A DNA stretch of 39,203 nt from an uncultured Buchnera sp. (GTDB taxonomy: Bacteria > Pseudomonadota > Alphaproteobacteria > Acetobacterales > Acetobacteraceae): NCBI GenBank assembly GCA_964657355.1, contig CAZZVF010000002.1:1-39203 (forward strand), read 5' to 3'. A program made the translations under genes and the position numbers. The notes under the pieces were generated by a model. That model did not search any database. It was not told where the DNA came from and saw only the letters and a program-made list of their open reading frames with translations. Below, piece by piece: positions 27,455 through 38,036 of this stretch; position 1 is the first letter of the stretch; each line of letters opens with the position of its first letter.

Positions 27455-30325
27455 ATGGACACGGTTGCCAACACTTCCGATCAGGGCACGAAGAGTTCGT
27501 TGAAATTGCTGCTGCAGGAAGGTCAGTCGCCATGGCTGGATTTTATCAGGCGCAGCTTCATCGCTGACGGGAGCCTCAAGCGGCTTGTCGACGAGGACGG
27601 TCTCGGCGGCGTCACTTCAAATCCATCGATCTTCGAGAAGGCAATGGGCTCGGGTGCCGATTACGACGAGCAGTTCAAGCAGCTCGCAGCGGGCGGTCAG
27701 AGCGACGCGAACACGCTTTACGAGACCATGGCTGTTGATGACATTCAGCACGCAACGGAGGTGCTGCGGCCTGTCTTCGATCGCACCAAGGGCCTCGACG
27801 GTTACGTCAGCCTCGAGGTTTCGCCCTATCTCGCGTTGCGCCAGGACGAGACGATAGCCGAAGCCCGGCGCCTGTGGAAATGGGTGCAGCGGCCAAACCT
27901 CATGGTGAAGGTTCCGGGCACGCCCGAGTGCATCCCGGCAATCCGCACGTTGATCGAAGATGGCATCAACATCAACGTCACACTCCTGTTCAGTCAGGAC
28001 GCGTACAAGCAAGTTGCTGAAGCATATGTTTCTGGGCTCGAGGCCCGGCACGCAAAAGGCGAGGATATCAGCCGAATTTCCAGCGTTGCCAGTTTCTTTG
28101 TGAGCCGGATCGATGCCGTCATCGACAAGACGATCGACGGGCGTATTGCAGCGGGTGACAAGGAAGCTGATGCGCTGCGTGCCATTCGAGGCAAGGTCGC
28201 CATCGCCAATGCCAAGCTTGCTTACGCCTGGTATCAGGACATGGTCGCCGGCGAGCGGTGGGCTAAACTCAAAGCGGCGGGTGCTAACCCGCAGCGCCTG
28301 CTTTGGGCCAGCACCGGGACGAAAGACAAGGCTTACAGCGATGTGCGGTATGTGGAGGAACTGATCGGCCGCGATACGGTCAACACCATTCCCCCGGCGA
28401 CGATGGACGCGTTCCGCGAGCATGGGAACGTGCGCCCGACATTGACGGAGAACGTCGAGGAGGCACGCCAAGTCATGTCGGAAGTCGACAGGCTCGGCCT
28501 CGACATGTCTTCTGTGACCAAGAAACTTGTGGAAGAAGGGGTAAAGTTGTTCGCGGATGCCGCTGACCATTTGCTTCTGGCTGTCGCAAAGAAGCGGGCC
28601 GATCTGATCGGAACGTCACTTGGCAAGTTGGCTTTCAAGCTGCCATCGGACCTGGATGCGGAATTCAAGAAGCAGGTCGAGGCTTGGCGTGCGGGTGGCA
28701 AGGTTCGCAAATTGTGGGCCGGCGACGCGTCGTTGTGGACAGGTAAGGACGAGGGCAAGTGGCTCGCGTGGCTCAGTGTTCCTGCCGAACGCCTGGACCA
28801 TGTGAATGAACTGATTGCCTTCCAGGACGAGGTGAAAGCCGCCGGCTTCAAGCACGTGCTGCTGCTCGGAATGGGTGGGTCCAGTCTCGGCCCGGAAGTT
28901 TTCTCGGAAACGTTCGGTCATCGTGCCGGCTGGCCTAGTTTGCACGTTCTCGACAGTACCGATCCGCAGCAGATCAAGACGTTCGAAAACATGGTCGATC
29001 TGGGAGCAACGCTTGTCATTGTCTCCAGCAAGTCCGGCGGCACGCTGGAGCCGAATATTCTGAAAGCTTATTTTTGGGCTCGAATGCAGGAAGCAGTTGG
29101 CCCCGACAAGGCAGGCGAGCACTTCGTTGCCGTGACGGACCCGGGATCTCACATGCAGAAGGTGGCGGAGGGGGATCGCTTCCGCCGCATATTCATGGGC
29201 AACCCCGCCATCGGTGGCCGTTACTCGGTGCTGTCGAACTTCGGCCTGGTCCCTGCAGCTGCCATGGGCGTCAACATGAGGGAGTTCCTGAACTCGGCGA
29301 TGCGCATGGTACAAACGTGCTCGCCGGGCACACCGCCTGAAGCGAATCCTGGTGTGACACTTGGTCTGATCCTAGGGGCAGCGTGCGTGGCAGGCCGTGA
29401 CAAGGTGACGATTGCGGCATCCCCGGGGATTGCGGATCTCGGCGCGTGGCTCGAGCAACTTCTGGCCGAGAGCACCGGGAAGCACGGTCATGGCATTGTG
29501 CCGATCGACAACGAACCGTTGGTTGCATCATCCGAGTACGGTCCAGATAGGATCTTTGCCTATCTTCGCCTCGATGATGCGCCGGATGCTGCGCAGGATG
29601 CGGCCATCCTCGCGTTGGAGGCAGCAGGCCAACCTGTCGTTCGCGTCGCGATCAACGGCCACCAGGAACTTGGACAGCAATTTTTCCTCTGGGAGTTTGC
29701 GACGGCAGTGGCCGGTAGCGTCATCGGTATCGACGCTTTTGATCAGCCGGACGTCGAGGCCAGTAAGATCAAAACCCGGGAATTGACCGACGCAGCGGCG
29801 AAAACCGGGAATCTCCCTGAGGAACAACCCTTTGCATCGTTCCCCGGCGCCAAGCTCTTTGCAGATGAGCGAAACACCGCCGAGCTAAAAGGCGGCGACC
29901 TCGTGGCTGTTCTGAAGGCGCACTTCAAACGTGTGAAAGCCGGCGATTATGTAGCGCTGCTTGCCTATGTGGAGCGAAACGCGGCCCATATTGAGGCGAT
30001 CCAGTCGATCAGGACCTTAATCCGGGATCGTCTGCATGTGGCCACTGCGGCTGAGTTCGGGCCTCGCTTCCTGCATTCGACCGGCCAGGCGTACAAAGGC
30101 GGTCCGAACAGCGGAGTGTTTCTGCAGATCACGGCCGATGATGCAGCGGATCTGGAAGTGCCAGGTGCAGGCTATAGCTTTGGCCTGGTCAAGGCCGCCC
30201 AGGCTCGCGGCGACTTCGGTGTTCTCGCTGAACGTGGCCGCCGGGCGCTTCGGGTGCATCTGGGCGCCGATGTCGATGTAGGCTTGAAGTCGTTACACAC
30301 GGCGATCGAGCAGGCACTTTCCTGA
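27455..30325 (+). CDS. Bifunctional transaldolase/glucose-6-phosphate isomerase (Tal-Pgi fusion)
   Basis: 956 aa. The N-terminal half has [23 protein letters not shown] and LLWASTGTK. The C-terminal half has [33 protein letters not shown] and [10 protein letters not shown]. Confidence 0.96.
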   Translation: MDTVANTSDQGTKSSLKLLLQEGQSPWLDFIRRSFIADGSLKRLVDEDGLGGVTSNPSIFEKAMGSGADYDEQFKQLAAGGQSDANTLYETMAVDDIQHATEVLRPVFDRTKGLDGYVSLEVSPYLALRQDETIAEARRLWKWVQRPNLMVKVPGTPECIPAIRTLIEDGININVTLLFSQDAYKQVAEAYVSGLEARHAKGEDISRISSVASFFVSRIDAVIDKTIDGRIAAGDKEADALRAIRGKVAIANAKLAYAWYQDMVAGERWAKLKAAGANPQRLLWASTGTKDKAYSDVRYVEELIGRDTVNTIPPATMDAFREHGNVRPTLTENVEEARQVMSEVDRLGLDMSSVTKKLVEEGVKLFADAADHLLLAVAKKRADLIGTSLGKLAFKLPSDLDAEFKKQVEAWRAGGKVRKLWAGDASLWTGKDEGKWLAWLSVPAERLDHVNELIAFQDEVKAAGFKHVLLLGMGGSSLGPEVFSETFGHRAGWPSLHVLDSTDPQQIKTFENMVDLGATLVIVSSKSGGTLEPNILKAYFWARMQEAVGPDKAGEHFVAVTDPGSHMQKVAEGDRFRRIFMGNPAIGGRYSVLSNFGLVPAAAMGVNMREFLNSAMRMVQTCSPGTPPEANPGVTLGLILGAACVAGRDKVTIAASPGIADLGAWLEQLLAESTGKHGHGIVPIDNEPLVASSEYGPDRIFAYLRLDDAPDAAQDAAILALEAAGQPVVRVAINGHQELGQQFFLWEFATAVAGSVIGIDAFDQPDVEASKIKTRELTDAAAKTGNLPEEQPFASFPGAKLFADERNTAELKGGDLVAVLKAHFKRVKAGDYVALLAYVERNAAHIEAIQSIRTLIRDRLHVATAAEFGPRFLHSTGQAYKGGPNSGVFLQITADDAADLEVPGAGYSFGLVKAAQARGDFGVLAERGRRALRVHLGADVDVGLKSLHTAIEQALS

Positions 30326-30360
30326 CAATACGCGATCTAACGAACCCGGAGATCCTGTCT

Positions 30361-31338
30361 ATGCAGCTTGGCGTCATTGGCCTCGGAAGAATGGGCGGAA
30401 ATATCACGCTTCGGCTCATGCGCGCCGGCCATCGCTGCGTGGTGTTCGATCACAGCCCCGAGGCAGTCAAGAAAGTTGCCGGTGAGGGCGCGATCGGCGC
30501 TGCTGATCTGGAGGATTTGTTGCGTGGTCTCGAGAAGCCACGCGCTGTTTGGGTCATGTTGCCCGCTGGTGAAATCACCGAGTCAACGATTGCGACACTT
30601 GGCGAGTTGCTGGAGTCCGGCGACACGATCATCGATGGCGGCAACACCTTCTACAAGGACGACATCCGCCGGGCGAAGCAACTTAAGGAGAAGGGCATCA
30701 ACTATATTGATGTTGGAACTTCTGGCGGCGTTTGGGGCATCGATCGTGGCTATTGCATGATGATCGGCGGTCCCGCTGAAACCGTGCAGGCGCTCGACCC
30801 GATTTTTGCGACGCTCGCGCCCGGGATAGGTGATGTTGAACGCACCAAGGAGCGCAGAAACCGTGATCCGCGGCCCGAGCAGGGCTACATGTATTGCGGG
30901 CCGGCCGGCTCAGGCCACTTCGTGAAGATGGTCCATAACGGTATCGAATACGGCTTGATGCAGGCCTATGCTGAGGGTTTCGACGTTCTCAAGGGAAAGT
31001 CCTCGACCGAGTTGCCCGAGGATCAACGCTTCACTTTGAACATTCCGGACATTGCTGAAGTGTGGCGCCGCGGCAGCGTCGTATCGTCCTGGCTGCTGGA
31101 CCTGACGGCCTCCGCGCTCGCAGAGAACGAGGATCTTTCGAACTTCACAGGTCATGTGTCCGATTCCGGCGAGGGTCGTTGGACCGTGGAGGCCGCGATC
31201 GAGGAATCGGTGCCCGTTCCAGTGCTTTCCACATCGCTCTATGCGCGGTTCCGTTCGCGCTCTTCAAACACATTCGGCGAGAAGCTGCTGAGCGCAATGC
31301 GAAACAAGTTCGGCGGCCACGTCGAAACGCACGGCTAG
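30361..31338 (+). CDS. gnd: 6-phosphogluconate dehydrogenase (decarboxylating, short-chain type)
   Basis: [46 protein letters not shown] and MRNKFGGH. Confidence 0.96.
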   Translation: MQLGVIGLGRMGGNITLRLMRAGHRCVVFDHSPEAVKKVAGEGAIGAADLEDLLRGLEKPRAVWVMLPAGEITESTIATLGELLESGDTIIDGGNTFYKDDIRRAKQLKEKGINYIDVGTSGGVWGIDRGYCMMIGGPAETVQALDPIFATLAPGIGDVERTKERRNRDPRPEQGYMYCGPAGSGHFVKMVHNGIEYGLMQAYAEGFDVLKGKSSTELPEDQRFTLNIPDIAEVWRRGSVVSSWLLDLTASALAENEDLSNFTGHVSDSGEGRWTVEAAIEESVPVPVLSTSLYARFRSRSSNTFGEKLLSAMRNKFGGHVETHG

Positions 31339-31348
31339 GCGACCGCGG

Positions 31349-32890
31349 GTGGATCAGGGCGGCGCTCCGCTTCCGGGCGACACCACAGCGCTGTCCCGCG
31401 CGCCTAGAGCACCTTCCTGCACGTTTGTAATTTTTGGCGCAGGTGGAGATCTCACCAAACGGCTTCTGATGCCTGCACTGTATAATCTGCGCGTGGCTGG
31501 GCTGCTCGATGACGACTTTCACATCATCGGCGTCGATGTCCGTGACATAGGCGACCAGGGCTTTCGCGCTGGATTGACCGAGACGATGCAGCACTTCGTC
31601 ACCGATCGTCGCGGCGACAAAGGTGCGGCGCTCGACAAAGTTGCTTGGGATTGGATGACCCAGCGCCTCGATTACTTGCGGGGAGATTTCGGTGATCCGG
31701 AAACGTTCTCTCGCCTGAAGGCAAAGATACCCGAACAATCCAATGCGATTTTCTACTTTGCAACAGCGGCAAGGTTTTTCGAAGGTCTCGCGGAGCAGCT
31801 TGCGCAGGCGCTGCTCACGGCGGAAGAGGAACACTGCTTCCGGCGCATCGTTGTAGAGAAACCATTCGGTCACGACCTGGCAAGCGCGCGATGGTTGAAC
31901 GTAGCGTTGCTGAAAGTTCTCAGCGAGAATCAGATCTACCGCATCGATCATTATCTGGGGAAGGAAACGGTCCAGAACATAATGGCCTTGAGGTTCTCGA
32001 ACGGCATCTTCGAGCCGATCTGGGGCCGCGACAACATCGATCATGTGCAGATTACAGCGGCTGAAACCGTAGGCGTCGAACTGCGCGGGAAATTCTACGA
32101 AGGCACGGGCGCGCTGCGCGATATGGTGCCGAACCATATTTTCCAGCTGCTTGCCATGGTTGCCATGGAGGCGCCGACGTCCTTCGACGCCGATGCGGTG
32201 CGTAATGAGAAGGCGAAGGTCATAGAGGCCGTGCATCCGTTTGCGGGACGCCAGATCGTGCGCGACATCGTACGTGGGCAATATCGCGCGGGCTCGATTG
32301 CGGGTGCACCTGTGCCTGGCTACCGGCAAGAACCTGATGTCGATCCCAACTCCAGTACCGAGACGTTCATTGCCATGAAGCTCGGTATCGACAACTGGCG
32401 CTGGGCGGGCGTGCCATTTTATGTGCGTACGGGTAAACGCATGAAGTCGCGTCGCACCGAAATCGCTGTGCATTTCAAGCAAGCACCCTTTGCGCTGTTC
32501 CGCGATACGCCCGTCGAGAAGCTAACGCCGAACATCATGTACCTGCACATTCAGCCCTCCGAAGGAGTCACACTTCAGTTCAGCGCCAAGGTGCCGGGGC
32601 CGCGTGTAAAACTCGGCGGCGTCACCATGAACTTCAATTACGCGGATTATTTCCACGAAGGTCCGAGCACCGGCTACGAGACCCTGCTCTACGATTGCAT
32701 GGTTGGCGACGCGACACTTTTCCAGCGTGCGGACAACGTCGAGGCTGGCTGGTGCGTCGTTCAGCCAGCGCTGGATTCCTGGGATGCCGGCCACATTCAC
32801 GTGCACCCTTATGCAGCGGGCACCGATGGTCCGGACGAAGCGCATGAACTGCTGCAACGTGACGGCCGGTATTGGGCGACATTCCGGTGA
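31349..32890 (+). CDS. zwf: Glucose-6-phosphate 1-dehydrogenase
   Basis: IFGAGGDLTKR, VEKPFGHD, YRIDHYLGKETVQN, GALRDMVPNH and RWAGVPFYVRTGK. Confidence 0.97.
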   Translation: MDQGGAPLPGDTTALSRAPRAPSCTFVIFGAGGDLTKRLLMPALYNLRVAGLLDDDFHIIGVDVRDIGDQGFRAGLTETMQHFVTDRRGDKGAALDKVAWDWMTQRLDYLRGDFGDPETFSRLKAKIPEQSNAIFYFATAARFFEGLAEQLAQALLTAEEEHCFRRIVVEKPFGHDLASARWLNVALLKVLSENQIYRIDHYLGKETVQNIMALRFSNGIFEPIWGRDNIDHVQITAAETVGVELRGKFYEGTGALRDMVPNHIFQLLAMVAMEAPTSFDADAVRNEKAKVIEAVHPFAGRQIVRDIVRGQYRAGSIAGAPVPGYRQEPDVDPNSSTETFIAMKLGIDNWRWAGVPFYVRTGKRMKSRRTEIAVHFKQAPFALFRDTPVEKLTPNIMYLHIQPSEGVTLQFSAKVPGPRVKLGGVTMNFNYADYFHEGPSTGYETLLYDCMVGDATLFQRADNVEAGWCVVQPALDSWDAGHIHVHPYAAGTDGPDEAHELLQRDGRYWATFR

Positions 32891-33044
32891 CACGGCTGGT
32901 GTGGCAGGCTACAGCATTGCGATCGGCAACTGTGCCGGCTTCATGCGGGAGTAGGCGGATTCCGTCACCCAAAGCAACGAGGAGGAAGGTTGGGTGCATG
33001 CCGTCGACAACTTCATCCTTCTGCACGATGAGGAACCGGATTGA
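32887..33044 (+). pseudogene. Internally deleted relic of a second Cof-type HAD hydrolase
   Basis: GTG 32887 overlaps the zwf stop and reads MTRLV. Out of frame with it, from 32901, the sequence reads VAGYSIAIGNCAGFMRE*ADSVTQSNEEEGWVHAVDNFILLHDEEPD*. This matches the C-terminus of the adjacent Cof protein (SGLSIAMGNSSDAVKQHATHVTESSEEEGFAIGLERYVL). TAG at 32952. Confidence 0.8.
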
Positions 33045-33856
33045 TGGCAAAAATCAGGCTTGTGCTGGCGGATGTCGATGGAACCCTCGTTACCAAGGAG
33101 AAGAAGCTCACGGAACGGGCGCTCGCGGCAGTGCGCAAGCTTGATGACGCCGGCATCAAATTCGCCATTACCAGCGGCCGGCCGCCGCGCGGCATGCAGA
33201 TGCTTGTAGCACCGCTGTCGATCCGCACGCCGATTGCAGGCTTCAATGGCGGCATGTGGGTGAACCCTGATCTGTCCTTGATCGAGGCCCGCACTCTGCC
33301 GCGCGACGTCGCGGAGAAGACGATCGCGATGATCGAGGAAGAGGGGCTCGATCCGTGGGTTTATAGCGGTGAAGAGTGGCTCATCCACAAGAAGGACGCG
33401 CCGCACGCCGCGCGTGAGGAATGGACCGTAAAATTTCCGCCAAAGGTGGTGGAGGATTTCGGCGACGCGCTTGATAAAGCAGTCAAGATCGTCGGTGTCA
33501 GCGACGCGCTCGACAAGGTCGAAGAATGCGAGAAGCGGGTTCAGGAGGCTCTGGGCGCCACGGCCTCTGCAGCGCGGTCGCAACCTTATTATCTGGACGT
33601 GACACATCCAGACGCGAACAAGGGGGCTGCTTTATTATATTTGGCCAAGCGGCTCGGCATCGCGCCGGACGAAGTGGCCACGATGGGCGACCAGCCGAAC
33701 GATGTGTTGATGTTTCGCAAGAGCGGCCTGTCGATTGCGATGGGAAACAGCAGCGACGCGGTGAAGCAACACGCAACGCACGTGACGGAGTCGTCCGAGG
33801 AGGAGGGCTTCGCCATCGGCTTGGAGCGGTATGTGTTGGACAACGCCAATGGCTGA
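33044..33856 (+). CDS. Cof-type HAD-IIB hydrolase (sugar phosphatase)
   Basis: LADVDGTL (DxD), ITSGRP, ANKG, MGDQPNDVLMF and IAMGN. Confidence 0.93.
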   Translation: MAKIRLVLADVDGTLVTKEKKLTERALAAVRKLDDAGIKFAITSGRPPRGMQMLVAPLSIRTPIAGFNGGMWVNPDLSLIEARTLPRDVAEKTIAMIEEEGLDPWVYSGEEWLIHKKDAPHAAREEWTVKFPPKVVEDFGDALDKAVKIVGVSDALDKVEECEKRVQEALGATASAARSQPYYLDVTHPDANKGAALLYLAKRLGIAPDEVATMGDQPNDVLMFRKSGLSIAMGNSSDAVKQHATHVTESSEEEGFAIGLERYVLDNANG

Positions 33857-34577
33857 ACCCCGCATCGAACGGCTGGCGGATGCCGAAGCGCTCGCCCAGC
33901 GCGCCGCGGCCTGGATCACCACACTGGCTGAGTCATCCGCGGGACGGTTTGCGGTTGCGTTGTCGGGCGGATCGACGCCGAAGCGGCTATACGAAATTCT
34001 TGCGGCCGCGCCGTTGCGCGATCGTTTCCCGTGGTCCCGCACGCATCTGTTCTGGGGCGATGAGCGCCTGGTGCCGGTCGATGACGAGAACAGCAATCAA
34101 CATATGGTGCAGGAGGCGCTTCTCGCCCATGTTGCCATCCCAGCCGCCAATGTTCATCGGGTGGTGACCGCTGGTTCCCCTGCCGAGGACGCATCGGCTT
34201 ACGAGCAGATGCTGAAAAGCTATTACGGTGCGGAGACGCTCGACGCAGCGCGCCCGCTGTTCGACGTGGTGCTGCTGGGGCTTGGCGAGAACGGTCACAC
34301 GGCGTCGCTGTTTCCCGGAACGCCGTCGCTCGACGAGACGCTCGCCTGGGTGGCACCGGTGACGACGGGGGGCGTTCCACAGCCCCGCATCACGCTGACC
34401 TATCCTGCCATCGCGAGCAGCCGTCATGTGGCCTTCCTTGCGGCCGGCAAAGGCAAGGCGCAAATTCTTGCACGTGTGCTCGGCGGCGACCGCGATCAGC
34501 CGGCTGCACGCGTCACGTCCATGGGCGAACTGGTCTGGTTCGTCGATGAGGATGCAGCACGGGATCTGCGGCAATGA
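33849..34577 (+). CDS. pgl: 6-phosphogluconolactonase
   Basis: ALSGGSTP, FWGDERLVP, LLGLGENGHTASLFP and RITLT. Start at ATG 33849. Confidence 0.95.
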   Translation: MAEPRIERLADAEALAQRAAAWITTLAESSAGRFAVALSGGSTPKRLYEILAAAPLRDRFPWSRTHLFWGDERLVPVDDENSNQHMVQEALLAHVAIPAANVHRVVTAGSPAEDASAYEQMLKSYYGAETLDAARPLFDVVLLGLGENGHTASLFPGTPSLDETLAWVAPVTTGGVPQPRITLTYPAIASSRHVAFLAAGKGKAQILARVLGGDRDQPAARVTSMGELVWFVDEDAARDLRQ

Positions 34578-35266
34578 ACGATAGGGACGCGTTGAAAAGA
34601 GAGGCCGCGGAGCAGGCGGCCGAAATGGTGGAAAGCGGAATGGTCGTGGGCCTCGGCACTGGCTCGACGGCCGCGTTCTTCATCGATGCGCTGATCGAAC
34701 GCGCGCGCAATGGGCTGGATATCGTCTGCATACCGACTTCCGAGCGCAGTGCGGACCAAGCCCGCGCCGGCGGCCTCTCGCTGGTCTCATTCGCCACGCA
34801 TCGCGGCATCGATATCGCGATCGACGGGGCGGACGAGATCAAGCGCGACAGCCTGGATCTTGTGAAAGGGCTGGGCGGCGCGCTGCTGCGTGAGAAGATC
34901 GTTGCCTGTGCTGCGAAGAAGCTCGTCATCATCGCGGATTCCGAGAAGCTTGTGGATTGGCTCGGCACGCGTGCGCCAGTGCCGGTGGAAGTGGCCAAAT
35001 TCGGTTGGGAGCTTGCTGCGGCAAAGCTCGACGGGCTCGGTGCCCGTGCCACGCGGCGCCTCACGCCCGATGGCGAGCCTTTCGTCACCGACGGCGGCAA
35101 TTACATCGTGGATTGTGCGTTCGGTGAAATTGCCGATGCGGTCGCGCTGAACCGGGCAATCGTGCAGGTCGTCGGCGTGGTGGAAACCGGATTGTTCGCG
35201 GGCATGACGACGATGGCGCTGGTGGCCGATGCGCAGGGTGTTACACGCTACACGCCGAGCTCTTGA
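34574..35266 (+). CDS. rpiA: Ribose-5-phosphate isomerase A
   Basis: GLGTGSTA, DGADE, KGLGGALLREKIVA and GVVETGLF. ATGA-coupled to pgl. Confidence 0.96.
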   Translation: MNDRDALKREAAEQAAEMVESGMVVGLGTGSTAAFFIDALIERARNGLDIVCIPTSERSADQARAGGLSLVSFATHRGIDIAIDGADEIKRDSLDLVKGLGGALLREKIVACAAKKLVIIADSEKLVDWLGTRAPVPVEVAKFGWELAAAKLDGLGARATRRLTPDGEPFVTDGGNYIVDCAFGEIADAVALNRAIVQVVGVVETGLFAGMTTMALVADAQGVTRYTPSS

Positions 35267-35279
35267 GAGCCTATCTGGC

Positions 35280-35834
35280 ATGAGCGACACCCCGGCTCCA
35301 TCTGTCATCATCGTCATGGGCGTTTCCGGTGTGGGGAAAAGCACCATCGCCGAGGCTTTGGACAAGCAGTTGCGGTGGCCGTTTCAGGAGGGCGACGCAC
35401 TGCATCCACCGAGCAATGTGCAGAAGATGCACGCTGGGATACCGTTGACCGATGAGGATCGGGCTCCTTGGCTGGCTGCGATCAAGAGCTGGATCGACGC
35501 CCGTATCGAAGCCGACGAGCCTGGCCTGGTCACCTGCTCCGCGCTGAAAAGGCGGTACCGGGACTTCCTCATAGCAGGGCGAGGCCAGGTGCGTGTGCTG
35601 TACCTCAAGGCGGACGAGCATGTGATCGAAGAGCGGATCGAGCGCCGCACGGGTCACTTCATGCCGCCGGCTCTACTCGACAGCCAACTGCACACATTGG
35701 AGGAACCGGCCGCTGACGAACACCCGATTGTCGTTGATGTCGAGGGCAGTCTGGAGCAGACGGTAGCGGCGGCGATGAAGGCGATCGACGCCGCCTTGGC
35801 CGCATATCCGGGTGTCAGCGCGCAAGCGACCTGA
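35280..35834 (+). CDS. gntK: Gluconokinase (GntK/IdnK type)
   Basis: MGVSGVGKST, EGDALHPPSNVQKM, PLTDEDRAPW, CSALKRRYRD and HFMPPALLDSQ. Start at ATG 35280. Confidence 0.93.
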   Translation: MSDTPAPSVIIVMGVSGVGKSTIAEALDKQLRWPFQEGDALHPPSNVQKMHAGIPLTDEDRAPWLAAIKSWIDARIEADEPGLVTCSALKRRYRDFLIAGRGQVRVLYLKADEHVIEERIERRTGHFMPPALLDSQLHTLEEPAADEHPIVVDVEGSLEQTVAAAMKAIDAALAAYPGVSAQAT

Positions 35835-36375
35835 TTGTGTCGGCGCCGCTGGCCCAGGCGGCCGGGCCTTCCAGCCGCGACCGGATGGCGCCGTGTGCAT
35901 CGATGATCAAAGTCGTCGGAAAGCCGAACACGTCGAACTGATGCACGATGTCGCTTTGCGGATCGAGCAAGACAACGGCGTGATTCATGGGGTGCGCGGT
36001 TAGAAAACGGCTCACCGTCGCTGCTCCGCCATGATCGGTCGAGACGACCAGCACGGTGATGTCCTGTGCGATCGCGGCCAGCTTGTCGAGTTCCGGCAAC
36101 TCGGCGATGCATGGCGTGCACCAGGTGGCCCAGAAGTTGAGCACGACCGGTTTGCCGCGATAGCTGGCGAGGGTGCGGGGCGTTCCGTCCAGCATCTGGA
36201 AGCTGACGTCCGGTGCCGGCTTCGGCGGATCGAGCGGCTTCAGGCTGGCCATCGCGGCGAGCGGAACGGTGGTTTCGGGGGCGTCCTGTTCCGCCATGGC
36301 CGGTTTGCGCCAGAGGGCGCCCGTCACTAGGCTTAGGGCTAGAGCCGGGAAGGTACGGCGCGTCAGCAGAGCCAT
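35815..36375 (-). CDS. tlpA: TlpA-family thiol:disulfide oxidoreductase
   Basis: [23 protein letters not shown] and GFPTTLIID. Divergent from argH, as is common in alphaproteobacteria. Confidence 0.9.
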   Translation of the reverse strand: MALLTRRTFPALALSLVTGALWRKPAMAEQDAPETTVPLAAMASLKPLDPPKPAPDVSFQMLDGTPRTLASYRGKPVVLNFWATWCTPCIAELPELDKLAAIAQDITVLVVSTDHGGAATVSRFLTAHPMNHAVVLLDPQSDIVHQFDVFGFPTTLIIDAHGAIRSRLEGPAAWASGADTIRSLAR

Positions 36376-36456
36376 GAAATGACCTCCAGAACAGCCGCTC
36401 CCGATGTTTTACACGTCGCGGGGGAGACAGCGGAAAACCTCGCGCCAACTTCGACT

Positions 36457-37842
36457 ATGGCCGGCGCCAATGAGCAGTGGGGCGGCCGCTTCGGGCAGGC
36501 CCCTGCCGATATCATGCAGCAGATAAACGTCTCCATCGGCTTCGATCAGGCACTCTGGCGGCACGATATACGCGGATCTATGGCCCATGCGGAAATGCTC
36601 GGCCACACCGGCATCATCGCAGCCACCGACGCTGCGTCGATCATCGAGGGCCTGGGCACGATACAGGAGGAGATCGCGTCGGGCGGCTTCGCCTTTTCCG
36701 CAGCGCTCGAAGACATTCACATGAATATCGAGGCGCGGCTTGCCGAGCGGATCGGCGATGCGGGGCGGCGGCTGCATACGGCACGCAGTCGCAATGACCA
36801 GGTGGCGACGGATTTCCGCATGTGGGTGCGCGATGCGATGGACCGCACGGACGCGCAGCTTGCCGATCTGATGCGCGCCTTCGCAGCCCGCGCCGCCGAG
36901 CATGCGGCGGCTCCGATGCCCGGCTTCACCCACCTGCAGACGGCCCAGCCGGTCACGTTTGGTCATCATCTCATGGCCTATGTCGAGATGCTGTCGCGTG
37001 ACCGCACGCGATTTGCGGATGCAAGGCGGCGGCTGAACGAAAGCCCGCTTGGGGCAGCGGCCCTGGCAGGCACGTCGTTCCCGATCGACCGGCACAGGAC
37101 GGCGGCTTCGCTCGGGTTCGACCGTCCGGGTGCCAATTCGCTGGATGCGGTGTCGGACCGGGATTTCGCCATCGAGTTCCTGTCCGCTGCGGCGATCTGC
37201 GCCATGCACCTGTCGCGCTTTGCGGAGGAGGTGGTGATCTGGTGCAGCGCGCCATACGGGTTCCTGCGGCTGTCGGATGCTTTCACCACCGGCAGCTCGA
37301 TCATGCCACAGAAGCGCAATCCGGATGCGGCCGAGCTCACCAGGGCCAAGACAGGGCGCGTGACGGGGGCGCTGGTGGCATTGCTGACGGTCATGAAGGG
37401 TTTGCCGCTCGCCTACGCAAAGGACATGCAGGAGGACAAGGAGCCGGTGTTCGACGCTGCTGCGGCGCTGTCCTTGTCGCTCGCGGCGACCGCGGGCATG
37501 GTCCGCGACATGCAGCCCGATACCGCCCGTATGCGCGCCCTGGCCGGAAGCGGCTTCTCGACGGCCACGGACTTGGCTGATTGGCTGGTGCGCGTGGCCG
37601 GGCTGCCGTTCCGCACCGCACATCATGTTACCGGGCGCCTGGTCGCCCGCGCGGAAGCCAAAGGCTGCGACCTCCCCGACCTGACCTTGGCGGAGATGCA
37701 GGAAGAGGAGCCGGCCATTACTGCGGACGTGTTCAACGTGCTCACCGTGGAAGCGTCGATCGCGTCCCGCACGAGCTATGGCGGCACGGCACCCGCCAAT
37801 GTCGCGGAGCAGGCCGCTGCATGGCTGGAGCGCCTGGCATGA
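36457..37842 (+). CDS. argH: Argininosuccinate lyase
   Basis: [30 protein letters not shown] and [12 protein letters not shown]. Start set at ATG 36457 because ATG 36379 lies only 3 bp from the tlpA start. Confidence 0.97.
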   Translation: MAGANEQWGGRFGQAPADIMQQINVSIGFDQALWRHDIRGSMAHAEMLGHTGIIAATDAASIIEGLGTIQEEIASGGFAFSAALEDIHMNIEARLAERIGDAGRRLHTARSRNDQVATDFRMWVRDAMDRTDAQLADLMRAFAARAAEHAAAPMPGFTHLQTAQPVTFGHHLMAYVEMLSRDRTRFADARRRLNESPLGAAALAGTSFPIDRHRTAASLGFDRPGANSLDAVSDRDFAIEFLSAAAICAMHLSRFAEEVVIWCSAPYGFLRLSDAFTTGSSIMPQKRNPDAAELTRAKTGRVTGALVALLTVMKGLPLAYAKDMQEDKEPVFDAAAALSLSLAATAGMVRDMQPDTARMRALAGSGFSTATDLADWLVRVAGLPFRTAHHVTGRLVARAEAKGCDLPDLTLAEMQEEEPAITADVFNVLTVEASIASRTSYGGTAPANVAEQAAAWLERLA

Positions 37843-37976
37843 GGCGCATGCTCGCGGGAATGCTGCTCGCGCTGGTGGCGGCATCAGCGCTCGCATCCTG
37901 CGGCAAGAAGGCGTCGCCGGTGCCACCTGGTCCGCCCGACCAGATTACTTACCCAAAGTTCTACCCCTCGCAGTGA
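37839..37976 (+). CDS. Small lipoprotein, LptM/YifL (LppL)-like
   Basis: ATGA overlap with argH. 45 aa: [45 protein letters not shown], with lipobox LAS-C and CGKK. Occupies the conserved argH-lipoprotein-lysA position. Confidence 0.75.
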   Translation: MRRMLAGMLLALVAASALASCGKKASPVPPGPPDQITYPKFYPSQ

Positions 37977-38036
37977 TGCGCAGCCGCGGGCAGGGACTGC
38001 CCTGGTGAAAACGCGTGGCGATAGTAGGTTGTAAGT

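Noticed and set aside
31145-32482. 445-aa minus-strand ORF
   Set aside because: Antisense shadow of gnd and zwf.
36409-37926. 505-aa minus-strand ORF
   Set aside because: Antisense shadow of argH.
37977-38036. Hairpin GGGCAG-GGA-CTGCCC before lysA as a possible lysine riboswitch or terminator
   Set aside because: The 60-bp gap is far too short for a lysine riboswitch and there is no U-tract.
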